A stretch of 64,000 nt of DNA, from the NCBI GenBank assembly GCA_965237635.1, contig CBDEFX010000002.1, positions 1,983,432 through 2,047,431 on the forward strand, in the 5' to 3' direction. Shown here piece after piece: positions 27,629 through 36,387 of this stretch (position 1 is its first letter; every line of letters begins with the position of its first letter). The translations under genes were made by a program, and so were the position numbers. Source of the DNA: Dehalococcoidia bacterium (lineage in GTDB: Bacteria; Chloroflexota; Dehalococcoidia; Lucifugimonadales; CAUZJF01). Below the pieces are notes generated by a model. The model was not told the origin of the DNA, ran no database searches, and worked only from the letters and a program-made list of their open reading frames with translations.

Positions 27629-28393
27629 CTAGTGAGCTTCACCATGAAACCTCAGATCCGGGAACTCTTGCTTGATGAGTTCCATCTGCCTTGCCGCGTC
27701 CCACATCGCGCCAAAATCTATTGACGCTGACAACCGGTCCTCGAACGATTCGTAAAGGAATTGCTGTGTTCCCAGCAATGGCATGATCAGGTGATGGGCC
27801 ACCCGCTCTAGGGACTCGGAGTCGTATCTATGCGTGGTGAATCCCAGGAACTCTTCCATTTCGCCTCTGACCGCCCATGTCCTAATGCGGCTGATGATAT
27901 TCGAATGCGCTGAATCGTGAAACCTGGCGATTACTTTCTCAGGATCTCCCCGTGGAAAGTGGCCCGACTGCTCCAGGAATCTGTACACACGTTTTCTGTT
28001 CGGTGCCCCTTTACGGGACGAAAAGAAGGCCATGCATTCCTCCTTGTTCAGATGGAAGTACTCTGCGAACGCTACTGTTTCAAGCAACGAGCGCATCAGG
28101 GACTCACTTTCCACATAGTGGCCCCGAACCGCGAGGTCGAAAGACGACAGGCCGTACTGAAATGCACTTGAGGAGTAGAAGAGTATCAAAAGCCGTTGTA
28201 CTCTCTCGTCGTTTGAGGCCGGGAACACTTCGGGAAGCTCGCCTTCGATCAGCGCTAACTCCTCATACAACAGAGCAGTCAATCCCGTACAAAGTCTAAC
28301 CTTCACCTCATTTTTCTTCAGCGTTTCCTCGAAGATCGCGTACTCTGACTCCATGACGTCCGGAGTCAGATTCCAGGGCTTCGGCAGGTACAT
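27629..28393 (-). CDS. Hypothetical protein (AT-richer orphan between leuB and leuS)
   Basis: 254 aa from MYLPKPWNLTPDV. It looks helical and I recognise no family. The track N-terminal extension to 28636 overlaps the 3' end of leuS and is Arg/Gly-rich shadow sequence. Confidence 0.5.
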   Translation of the reverse strand: MYLPKPWNLTPDVMESEYAIFEETLKKNEVKVRLCTGLTALLYEELALIEGELPEVFPASNDERVQRLLILFYSSSAFQYGLSSFDLAVRGHYVESESLMRSLLETVAFAEYFHLNKEECMAFFSSRKGAPNRKRVYRFLEQSGHFPRGDPEKVIARFHDSAHSNIISRIRTWAVRGEMEEFLGFTTHRYDSESLERVAHHLIMPLLGTQQFLYESFEDRLSASIDFGAMWDAARQMELIKQEFPDLRFHGEAH

Positions 28394-28419
28394 AGTCGGA
28401 CTCAACTTCTGGCTCGTCC

Positions 28420-30888
28420 CTACCGCACCACGATATTGACGAGCTTGCCGGGGACGTAGATGACCTTGGCGACCTCCTTGCCGGCGATGTGAGGCTGCGC
28501 CCCCTGGCTGTCGAGGGCTAGCTGCTTGGCATCGTCTTCGGCGATCGACACCGGCGCTTCGATTCTGTCCCGGAGTCGGCCGTTGACCTGTATTACCAGC
28601 GTGAAGGTCTCGTCGGCGGCGCGCGTTGGGTCCCATTCAGGTAGCCGTTGGCTGTGGATGCTTTCGTTGTGGCCAGTGCGCTCCCACAACTCTTCGGTGA
28701 CCTGCGGTGCCAATGGGGCCATCAGCAACAGCAGCTTTTCGATGCCGTCGTCCCAGCTTTCGGAGTCGATCTCCTTTTTCTCCCACGCTTGATTCAGCGA
28801 GTTGCTGTACTCCATCAGGGCCGCTAGCGCCGTGTTGAACTTGAACCGCTCCACGTCATCAATTACCCGCCGGACGGTCTGGTGTGCCGTCCGGGTCAGG
28901 TCGCGTACGGCCTGCCCGTCGGGACTGTCCATCTCGCGGGAGTCCCGTTGCGCGAGCTCCCAGACGCGGTTCATCCAGCGGGTCATGCCGTTGAGGCCGG
29001 TGTCGCTCCAGTCGCCTCCCTGGTCCCAGGGCCCCAGGAACATGAGGTAGCATCTGACGACGTCGGCGCCGACCTCGGCGACGTAGTCGTCGGGCGCGAT
29101 GACGTTGCCCCGAGACTTGCTCATCTTCTTGTGGTCGGCGATGATTTGCCCCTGGTTGAACAGCCGGACGAAGGGCTCGTCGAAGTTGACCAAACCAAGG
29201 TCCCGCAGGGCCTTGGTAAAGAACCGGGCATACAGGAGGTGCATAACGGCGTGCTCCACTCCTCCGGTGTACTGGTCTACGGGGTTCCACTGGGCCACGG
29301 CATCGGGATCGAACGGCCCATCGGCGTAATGTGGGCTGGCGTACCGGAGGAAGTACCATGACGAGTCCACAAACGTGTCCATGGTGTCGGTCTCGCGCTG
29401 CGCCGGCCGTGCGCAGTTCGGGCAGGGCACGTTCAAGAAGCCCTGGTGAAGTGCGAGCGGAGATTCCCCAGTCGGCTTGAACTCGGCATCCTCCGGCAAC
29501 AAGACCGGCAGGTCTTCCTCTGGGACCGGTACCTCGCCACACTCTTCGCAATGGATGATGGGAATCGGTGTGCCCCAGTAACGCTGGCGGGATATCAGCC
29601 AGTCTCTCATGCGGTAGGTGACGGTCCGCCGTCCCCACCCCTGCTCCTGGATGTAGTCGGCCATTCGCTGCCATCCGTCACTACTAGGCAACCCGTCGAA
29701 CTTGCCGGAGTTGACCTGGACCCCTTCCTCTAAATAGGCCTCTGCCAGCTCTTCACCCTCCCAACCCGGGGGCGCCACGACCACTCTGATCGGCAGGTCG
29801 TACTTTTCGGCGAACTCGAAGTCCCGTTGGTCATGGGCGGGCACGCCCATGACGCCGCCGGTGCCGTAGGTCAGCAGAACATAGTCGGCGACCAAGACCG
29901 GGACCCGCTCGCCGTTCAACCGGTTGACGCAGTAGGCGCCTGTGAAGACGCCGGTCTTCTCTTTCTCGGTGGAGAGCCTCTCGACCTCGGTCTCTAGCCT
30001 CGCGCGCTCGACATAGGCCTCGACCTCGTCGCGGTGCTCAGCGGTCGTCAGCTTGTCCACCAACGGGTGCTCGGGGGCCAGGACAACGAACGTCACGCCG
30101 AAAATAGTGTCTATGCGGGTGGTGAACGTCCTGAAGGCGCTCTCTTCGAGCCCGTACTCCGAGATGTCGAACTCGATCTCGACGCCGTCGCTGCGTCCAA
30201 TCCAGTTGGTCTGCATGACGTTGATTTTCTCGGGCCAGTCGATCTTCGACTGGTCGAGCAGCTCGTCGGCGTACTTCGTGATACGGAAGAACCACTGGAC
30301 CATATCCCGGTGTGTGACAGGGGTATCGCACCGCTCACATAAACCGTCGATCACCTGCTCGTTGGCGAGGACGGTATTGTCCGTCGGGCACCAGTTCACG
30401 GGGGCGTTGGCACGATATGCCAGGCCGGCCTTGTAGAACTGCAGGAATATCCATTGGTTCCACTTGTAGTACTCGGGCGTGCAGGTGACGATCTCCCTAT
30501 CCCAATCGTACATAGTGCCCATAGAGCGAAGCTGCTTACGCATGTTCGCCATGTTGGCCTCGGTGTAGGCCTTGGGGTGGATCCCATCTTTGATGGCGGC
30601 GTTTTCTGCGTTCAGGCCGAACGCGTCGAAGCCCATGGGGTGGAGAACGTTGTATCCCTGCATGCGCTTGAGCCGAGCATGGATGTCGGCACCCGACATC
30701 GCGTACCAGTGGCCTATGTGGAGGTTCCCCGACGGGTACGGGTACATATGCAGCTCGTACAGCTTTGGCCGGGGGTCGTCGTCCCGGACCTCATATAGCT
30801 TGTCCGCGGCCCACCGTGCCTGCCATTTGGTCTCTATCTCGCGAGGGTCGTAGTGTAGCTCCGCTCTTCGTGTAGTTGTCGTCACCAT
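28420..30888 (-). CDS. leuS: Leucine--tRNA ligase
   Basis: HMYPYPSGNLHIGH (HIGH) and HKKMSKSRGN (KMSKS), with a length of ~822 aa. ATG 30888 (MVTTTTRR) is preceded by GGTGGGGGAG 7 nt upstream; the track GTG at 30903 is an alternative start. Confidence 0.95.
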   Translation of the reverse strand: MVTTTTRRAELHYDPREIETKWQARWAADKLYEVRDDDPRPKLYELHMYPYPSGNLHIGHWYAMSGADIHARLKRMQGYNVLHPMGFDAFGLNAENAAIKDGIHPKAYTEANMANMRKQLRSMGTMYDWDREIVTCTPEYYKWNQWIFLQFYKAGLAYRANAPVNWCPTDNTVLANEQVIDGLCERCDTPVTHRDMVQWFFRITKYADELLDQSKIDWPEKINVMQTNWIGRSDGVEIEFDISEYGLEESAFRTFTTRIDTIFGVTFVVLAPEHPLVDKLTTAEHRDEVEAYVERARLETEVERLSTEKEKTGVFTGAYCVNRLNGERVPVLVADYVLLTYGTGGVMGVPAHDQRDFEFAEKYDLPIRVVVAPPGWEGEELAEAYLEEGVQVNSGKFDGLPSSDGWQRMADYIQEQGWGRRTVTYRMRDWLISRQRYWGTPIPIIHCEECGEVPVPEEDLPVLLPEDAEFKPTGESPLALHQGFLNVPCPNCARPAQRETDTMDTFVDSSWYFLRYASPHYADGPFDPDAVAQWNPVDQYTGGVEHAVMHLLYARFFTKALRDLGLVNFDEPFVRLFNQGQIIADHKKMSKSRGNVIAPDDYVAEVGADVVRCYLMFLGPWDQGGDWSDTGLNGMTRWMNRVWELAQRDSREMDSPDGQAVRDLTRTAHQTVRRVIDDVERFKFNTALAALMEYSNSLNQAWEKKEIDSESWDDGIEKLLLLMAPLAPQVTEELWERTGHNESIHSQRLPEWDPTRAADETFTLVIQVNGRLRDRIEAPVSIAEDDAKQLALDSQGAQPHIAGKEVAKVIYVPGKLVNIVVR

Positions 30889-30960
30889 ATGTGACTCCCC
30901 CACCGTCTTCCGTTTTGGCTACTCTGGCTGCGCCGTGTGGGTGTACCGCACGGCCCAGAC

Positions 30961-30990
30961 AAAAAAATCCCGTCCCCTGAAGGGACGGGA
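30961..30990 (-). terminator. T-box leader terminator hairpin + U7 tract
   Basis: The minus strand reads tcccgtcccttcaggggacggga followed by ttttttt, immediately 3' of the T-box sequence. Confidence 0.8.
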
Positions 30991-31190
30991 CAAACCGGTA
31001 TTCCCGCGGTACCACCCTGATTGCCCCCCGATGACTCGGGGGACCTCTCTTTAGCGTTAACGGCGCTACCGTCTGGCCCTACTTTAGTTCAGGCCGAAAG
31101 CTCCAGGGCGAGTTCGCGGTCGCGGCCGGGGTTCCACGCTCCCCGGCTCTCTGTGACGCCCTACCCGCTACTACTCCCCTTCAAAGCTTG
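30961..31190 (-). promoter_or_regulatory. T-box riboswitch leader (Leu specifier CUC) upstream of leuS
   Basis: The minus strand contains AGAGAG (stem I), a distal GGAGCGUGGAACCCC motif and a specifier context GAA-CUC-G (CUC at 31112-31110). The conserved T-box AAUCAGGGUGGUACCGCGGGAA lies at 31022-31001 and a terminator follows. UGGU would pair with the ACCA tRNA end. Confidence 0.8.
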
Positions 31191-31254
31191 TTCGACTACA
31201 TACAACCTTAGCAATTTGAAGGTAGCACGAACACCCATGCCAGTCAAGGCACGA

Positions 31255-31315
31255 AAGCGGGTCCCTCGATACGTCCCCCGATGCGGCATCGGGGGCGATC
31301 GGGACTACTCGTGTT
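31255..31315. repeat. REP-like palindromic element, family A
   Basis: ctcgatacgtcccccgatgcggcatcgggggcgatcgggac; same left arm as the 16291 copy. Confidence 0.7.
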
Positions 31316-31383
31316 GAACGGGTGTGCAGCTTCCATCGGGACTCGGCTCAGGGAAAGGAGACCCTATCGACCGGCGACCGTTG

Positions 31384-31704
31384 CTACTGGCCCGGTGGCG
31401 TATAGTCGACGCTCTTTCTGGCGGCCTCGTCGACAGTCTCTGGGCTTATGAGAACCGTGGTATTGAGGCCCACCGCGCCACCGGCGCTGGCGGCCAGAGA
31501 GACTGCGGTCGCGCTGGCGTCGTCAGGCAGATCTGCGATGGCGACCACGTCGTCGTCTCCGAAGGCGAAATAGAACGCCTCGAGACTGCCACCCATCTCC
31601 CGTACCATCTGATCGACGACCGCTTTCCGTTTGGTACCGCCTTCCTTGAGCAATCCTTTGACACCCTCAGTGGTGTATGACGCACGAATGAGGTATTTCG
31701 GCAT
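31384..31704 (-). CDS. GYD-domain protein
   Basis: MPKYLIRASYTTEGVKGLLKEGGTKRKAVVDQMVREMGGSLEAFYFAFGDDDVVAIADLPDD. Confidence 0.8.
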   Translation of the reverse strand: MPKYLIRASYTTEGVKGLLKEGGTKRKAVVDQMVREMGGSLEAFYFAFGDDDVVAIADLPDDASATAVSLAASAGGAVGLNTTVLISPETVDEAARKSVDYTPPGQ

Positions 31705-31824
31705 ACGATTCCTCCTTGAGAAGTCCGTCGCCGTGACCGGCCCATAAAAGGGCGCGGCTGACGACCGATGTATCTTATCGGGGCGAGCGGTCCCCAGTCA
31801 ACGCGGTAGGGCGCACGGGGACCG

Positions 31825-32313
31825 CTAGATGCCAGGTGAGTCCTCAACGACCCGAAACGCGTGGTGCGCCAGCTCGCGGACGTCGTCCGGTGGTGGGACC
31901 TGGGCCCCGTCCCCACCCTTTAGCGGGGTCCGGCTTGCGAGATCGTGTTCGCTGACCCAGATCCAGCCATCACTGAGCCGCGCGGGCATGCCGATAGGAC
32001 GGCAAAAATAGATCATGTCGATGTGCTGGTGATGCCCCCGGTCAGGGTCGTCGATGTCCTCGACCATTATGGTAAAGGGGGGCGGCACCTGGCTTGGGTA
32101 CGTCAGTGAGAGGCGCGGCCCAGCCTCGACTACCTCGATCCTGAGCCCTGTCTCCTCTTCGGTCTCCCGCACCACCGCCTGGACCGGGTCCTCGTTCTCG
32201 TCGATGTGGCCCCCGGGAGGTAGCCAGGCCTTGACCTTCGGATGCCAGTGCAGCGCCACGTGTCCTTCGTGTACCACGAACCCGGTAGCCGTGAAGTGTC
32301 TGACGAGGGGCAC
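31825..32313 (-). CDS. NUDIX hydrolase
   Basis: Nudix box GGHIDENEDPVQAVVRETEEETGL. Confidence 0.85.
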   Translation of the reverse strand: MPLVRHFTATGFVVHEGHVALHWHPKVKAWLPPGGHIDENEDPVQAVVRETEEETGLRIEVVEAGPRLSLTYPSQVPPPFTIMVEDIDDPDRGHHQHIDMIYFCRPIGMPARLSDGWIWVSEHDLASRTPLKGGDGAQVPPPDDVRELAHHAFRVVEDSPGI

Positions 32314-32384
32314 AGTCGAAACCCTCTAGTCTCCTGATTCGTAGGTTCGTTGCATAATCACGTTCACTGTTGCAACGGCTTCAT

Positions 32385-32500
32385 GGTTCGACGAGCTCAC
32401 CACGAACGTGCATAAGCCAGTCCTCCGTTCGGCCTGAGCTCCGACAGGTCCCCCGATGCCGCATCGGGGGACCTGTCGAAGGCCCTCGGTTAGGCTAACT
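32385..32500. repeat. REP-like palindromic element, family A (longest palindrome)
   Basis: cgacaggtcccccgatgccgcatcgggggacctgtcg at 32442-32478, with the left flank ctccgttcggcctgagctc shared with the 26005 copy. Confidence 0.75.
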
Positions 32501-32513
32501 TCTGACTCAGACA

Positions 32514-34145
32514 TTAGGGTGTTGCCGTTGCTGATTCGCGCCGGTGACTTCTGGCAGTTCGCAGGCGCCGCCATCCCAGGAATCCGCCCACTCCCACGAG
32601 CCCCCAGATCGGGCTAAATATGGCTGCCCAGATCAGGACGCTTACTGCCACCTGCCCGACGCCGGAGAGCGCCCTGACGGCGGTCTTCCCCTGGTCACTT
32701 GCGCTCCAGCCCGCGATCGCCCAACCTCTGACTTCAGTCACCTGTACCTGGACGGTGCTGAATCCTTCGACTTCGCCCGCCTCACTCTGAGCGGTGATGG
32801 TGAGCGTTGCGGTGAATGAGAAAGGACGATGGTCGGGATATACGTGAGTGGTGACGGCGTTCGTGACGCCTTCGGCGATCTCCCCGGTTACGGCAGGGGT
32901 GCCATCTCCGAAGTCCCACTTGAACCTTACTTCGGAGAGTCCCTCCGGCCGCGTAAACGAGCCGGTCAGCTGGACCTCCTGGTCCTCCTCCACCGTGGCG
33001 TTCTCGCCGGCGAAGATCTCGATTGTCGGTATCTTGCTGACCGTGACGGTTAGAGTGTCCTCCCCTTCTGCTAGTCCCGCGTCGCCTGTCCCTGTAATCG
33101 TGACTTTGGCAAAGAACGGTGAGTCTCGTTCGTCATGGTACTGGTGGGTTTGAGTAGCTGTGACCCTCGTATCCTCGTCTTCGGTCGGAGCCGTACGATC
33201 GCTCGTGACGACACGGGAGCCATCGCCGAAGTCCCACATAAAGACGAAGTCCTCAATTCCCTCGGGAGGCTTAAAGAAGGCGCGGAACCTCACAACCTGT
33301 CCGACGCCCGCGGTCTGGTCGGTCCCGGCATCGACCGTCATCTCAGCCGGCTCCAGACTGAGGCTTACATTGATCAATGAGGAGCTGGAGCTAAGGTCAA
33401 GTCGGTTGATGCGGCCCTGGAGACTCTCGACGTCGCCCTGAATTCTCGTCAGGGCCTCCCGTACCTGAAGCGCATCTTCGACCTTCTCGGCGTCCTCAAA
33501 CAGCTTGGTGTAGACATCCCTCTCCGCTAGAAGGCTGTCGAGGCGGGCTGTGATGTCGAAGTACTCCTCAGTCACATCCTGGCTGTTCGAGCGCTCTGAC
33601 TCGACCTCGACGGCCATCTCCCGCATCCGCCCCACAGCTTCATCAAGCCGCTCGGCCGGTACTCGTATAGAGATAGACCCCGCATGCTTCTGGAAGCGGT
33701 CCGACGACACCTTCCATCCCCCCAGCTCGACTGCCAGCTTTTCGATGTTGTCCAGAGACAACGAGATGTCCGCGACCACAAGGCCCATGTTGACCGTGCG
33801 GATTATGATGCGCTGCTGCAAAGCCAGCGCGGCGGCCGCTTCATCGGACACCACGGCAATGTCACCCAGCTCCCCACCGGCCACCAGCTTGGGTGGGGCA
33901 AGCGCGGCAGCCGGTGCGGCGGGTCGAGGGGCAGGCGCGGCAGGCGGCGCCGGGACACCGGCGGCGCTCCCGACATCGAAGGCCTCCTCTCGAGTCGGCG
34001 CGGCGGCGGGCGCCGGCGCCGCGGGAGGCGGTGGGGCGAAGCCCCCGAACGCAGAGGACTCGTCTGCGCCTCCACCGCAGGCGGCAAATAGCACAGCAGC
34101 CGCGGCAAGCAAAAGAACCAGTTGAAATCGCATGTTCGAAATCAT
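32514..34145 (-). CDS. Lipoprotein with a DUF4349-like coiled region, two PKD-like repeats and a C-terminal TM anchor
   Basis: Lipobox LLLAAAAVLFAACGGG and an Ala/Pro-rich linker. RIIIRTVNMGLVVADI...GSISIRVPAERLDEA...YFDITARL is DUF4349-like. Duplicated F(M/K)WDFGDG(S/T) PKD motifs. Hydrophobic tail VAVSVLIWAAIFSPIWGLVGVGGFLGW. Confidence 0.65.
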   Translation of the reverse strand: MISNMRFQLVLLLAAAAVLFAACGGGADESSAFGGFAPPPPAAPAPAAAPTREEAFDVGSAAGVPAPPAAPAPRPAAPAAALAPPKLVAGGELGDIAVVSDEAAAALALQQRIIIRTVNMGLVVADISLSLDNIEKLAVELGGWKVSSDRFQKHAGSISIRVPAERLDEAVGRMREMAVEVESERSNSQDVTEEYFDITARLDSLLAERDVYTKLFEDAEKVEDALQVREALTRIQGDVESLQGRINRLDLSSSSSLINVSLSLEPAEMTVDAGTDQTAGVGQVVRFRAFFKPPEGIEDFVFMWDFGDGSRVVTSDRTAPTEDEDTRVTATQTHQYHDERDSPFFAKVTITGTGDAGLAEGEDTLTVTVSKIPTIEIFAGENATVEEDQEVQLTGSFTRPEGLSEVRFKWDFGDGTPAVTGEIAEGVTNAVTTHVYPDHRPFSFTATLTITAQSEAGEVEGFSTVQVQVTEVRGWAIAGWSASDQGKTAVRALSGVGQVAVSVLIWAAIFSPIWGLVGVGGFLGWRRLRTARSHRRESATATP

Positions 34146-34313
34146 AGTGCAGTCACCTCCGTATGGCAACGATAAGGCTCAGCGGGCGGAGAGAGCAGTG
34201 TCCTTTAGTCAGACCGCTCGTATTTCGCCCCTTTTCATAGATAGAGACGAAACGTGATGGCCATTTGTTCCCCCGGGCCGGACCGCGAGGGGTTCGATGA
34301 GAGCGAAATCGAC

Positions 34314-35135
34314 CTAGGAAATATCGATAGGGCCGCCTTTGATGGCAGCAGTGCATCGGTCACATTGAGAAACGCCACAGCGGGTCAGCTCGGGACGATC
34401 TCGGATCGCGTCCCTCGCAGCTTCGAGGGTGGCTTTGGCTGGATAGACGAGCCAGACGCTCTCACCGACTTGACTTTGTTTCATTAAAGAGGATAAGGCT
34501 GGCTCAAGCTTCCCGAACCCGCGCGAGCAACCGCCCACTTTGACAGCCGTCGGCCGGCCATCGGGGCCGTTCGCCCACCGGATAAACAAGTTCCGGCCTG
34601 CCATCTCCTCTGCCAGGTGCACCATGGTCATCCTGTCGAGTCCGACTCCCGCGAGCACGACATAGCCATCTGTCCGCGCCAGAGCTTTAAGAGGGGCGTA
34701 GACGTCTAGGGACGCCTGGCTGGAAACCAGATCGGCGGCCAACGGGCCGACTGCGGCAAACGAGTTCAGGGGGTGGTTACCGCGCATCCGTTCGGGCGTT
34801 AGGACAATCGTCGCCGGAATTACGCCCATTTCGGAGTCCACATCCGTGCTCGCGGAGTCGTAGACACGCCCGATTCCCGACTTTGGGTCATCGAACGAGT
34901 CATAGCTCCAGGCGTTCCTAGCCGGTCGGCTATCAGGCGGCAGGGGCACAGCGAAAAACGAATACGAAAAGGCCGGGACGACCACGGTGCAGCCCTCTTG
35001 CAGGAAGCCATCCACGATGGTGGCCGGTCCTCCAACCACATGGCCAAACGAACGTAATGACGAATGAAGGCAAACTGGGCGTCTAGCCAGACCCAGGTCT
35101 CGAACCGTCTTTCGGATATCGTCTGTGACGACCAT
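34314..35135 (-). CDS. AAC(3)-family aminoglycoside N-acetyltransferase-like protein
   Basis: VCLHSSLRSFGHVVGGPATIVDGFL..GCTVVVPAFSY and MTMVHLAEE fit the Antibiotic_NAT pattern. Length 273 aa. Confidence 0.7.
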   Translation of the reverse strand: MVVTDDIRKTVRDLGLARRPVCLHSSLRSFGHVVGGPATIVDGFLQEGCTVVVPAFSYSFFAVPLPPDSRPARNAWSYDSFDDPKSGIGRVYDSASTDVDSEMGVIPATIVLTPERMRGNHPLNSFAAVGPLAADLVSSQASLDVYAPLKALARTDGYVVLAGVGLDRMTMVHLAEEMAGRNLFIRWANGPDGRPTAVKVGGCSRGFGKLEPALSSLMKQSQVGESVWLVYPAKATLEAARDAIRDRPELTRCGVSQCDRCTAAIKGGPIDIS

Positions 35136-35244
35136 GTACTTTGAAGGGACAAGTTAAGGAGCCGCCGAGAACGAGCTCGGCGGAGTTGCAACCGGCAAGC
35201 GGGTGTTTCCCGCTAGAGGTGTCCGGTTAGCTAGAAGCGGAGAA

Positions 35245-35317
35245 TGCCCCCAACGGAATTCGAATCCGTGTCTGCGGCTTGAAAGGCCGCTGTCCTAGTC
35301 CACTAGACGATGGGGGC
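35245..35317 (-). tRNA. tRNA-Glu (anticodon UUC)
   Basis: The minus strand reads GCCCCCATCGTCTAGTGGACTAGGACAGCGGCCTTTCAAGCCGCAGACACGGATTCGAATTCCGTTGGGGGCA. There is a 7-bp acceptor stem, an anticodon stem GCGGC/GCCGC with loop CTTTCAA, and a T-arm GGATTCGAATCC-like segment. No CCA is encoded. Confidence 0.9.
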
Positions 35318-35436
35318 AGGCTGTTGCCGAGCTCACGGTAGCGACGTTAGCATGCATCCGGCGGGCCGAACGGTCGCCACCACGAAGATCGGCGCTCGTA
35401 TTCTAGCCTGCTGGCGGCCGGGCCCGCAACGGGCGA

Positions 35437-36375
35437 CTACGGTGTTGTCTGCCCTTCAGTCTTCTCCCGATTGGTGAGTCCTTCCGCGAAACAGCGGCTG
35501 ACATCGACCTCACCCTCAGCTACCAGCCAGCTCATGCACTGCGACGGAGTTAGTAGCACCGGGTCCGGCTCATCCACCAGGACACCGTCTAGCTTCCACT
35601 CCGGATGTTGCCAGTTGAATCGGAATCTGAAATGAACGGGAAGCGGAGTGATCGGATAGTAGCCATCTATAAGCAAGAGGTTGCCCAGTACCGCATTGGG
35701 TTCAAACGCCTGTACCCCGTCTAACACCGCGTCGACGTCCTTGACGGCCGAGATATCTATCTCCTTATCGACAAAGTGCCGGTAACCCCTCTGAAGATCG
35801 AATAGAGGGCGTCGAATGTGGAAGGCCTTAGACATGATGTCGTTGTAGAACGCCGTGAAGTCCCCGTCCTCGACACCCTGGATGAATTCGATAAAGACTT
35901 CTTTTAACATCCTTTGCAACTCCGGCTCGTTCGGGATCGTCTGAAACCATGCTCCCGGTCCGAGGCCGGTTCGGACAGGACCTGTCAGCGACAGCACACG
36001 CCACTCGCCGCCGTCCTTCGCCATGTCAATTGAGATCGGAATATTGATACCGAAGTCGTCCTTCATTGTGCCTCGCAACTGCGATGCGTCGCCACGCTCC
36101 AACGTTCGGTCCCTCCAGGACTGTAGCTCGTAGTCAAGGAAAAGTACCGTTTCGATCACTTCGGTGAACCTCTCCTCTGTCTGCTCGGCCCTGAACAGAG
36201 CGGAGGTGAGGGCGTAGGCTTCATGAGGTTGCCGCAATGCTAAATGAGCGAGGAACTCCTCGGCTGTTTCGGCAGATTCAGTGGTATCGGCGGCGACCCA
36301 CATCATGAGCCCGCCGATGCAGGCACTGAAGAGCATGAACATCGCGATGACTAGCCGCAGGATGTATCTCTTCAC
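35437..36375 (-). CDS. Hypothetical membrane-anchored protein
   Basis: 312 aa with an N-terminal TM or signal segment, MKRYILRLVIAMFMLFSACIGGLMMWV. I recognise no family. Confidence 0.5.
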   Translation of the reverse strand: MKRYILRLVIAMFMLFSACIGGLMMWVAADTTESAETAEEFLAHLALRQPHEAYALTSALFRAEQTEERFTEVIETVLFLDYELQSWRDRTLERGDASQLRGTMKDDFGINIPISIDMAKDGGEWRVLSLTGPVRTGLGPGAWFQTIPNEPELQRMLKEVFIEFIQGVEDGDFTAFYNDIMSKAFHIRRPLFDLQRGYRHFVDKEIDISAVKDVDAVLDGVQAFEPNAVLGNLLLIDGYYPITPLPVHFRFRFNWQHPEWKLDGVLVDEPDPVLLTPSQCMSWLVAEGEVDVSRCFAEGLTNREKTEGQTTP

Positions 36376-36387
36376 GTGATCATCTCT

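Noticed and set aside
27629-28636. The 335-aa version of the ORF, with an 81-residue Arg/Gly/Gln-rich N-terminus
   Set aside because: The extension overlaps the 3' end of leuS on the same strand in another frame. The internal start at MYLPKPWN (28393) gives a compositionally coherent protein.
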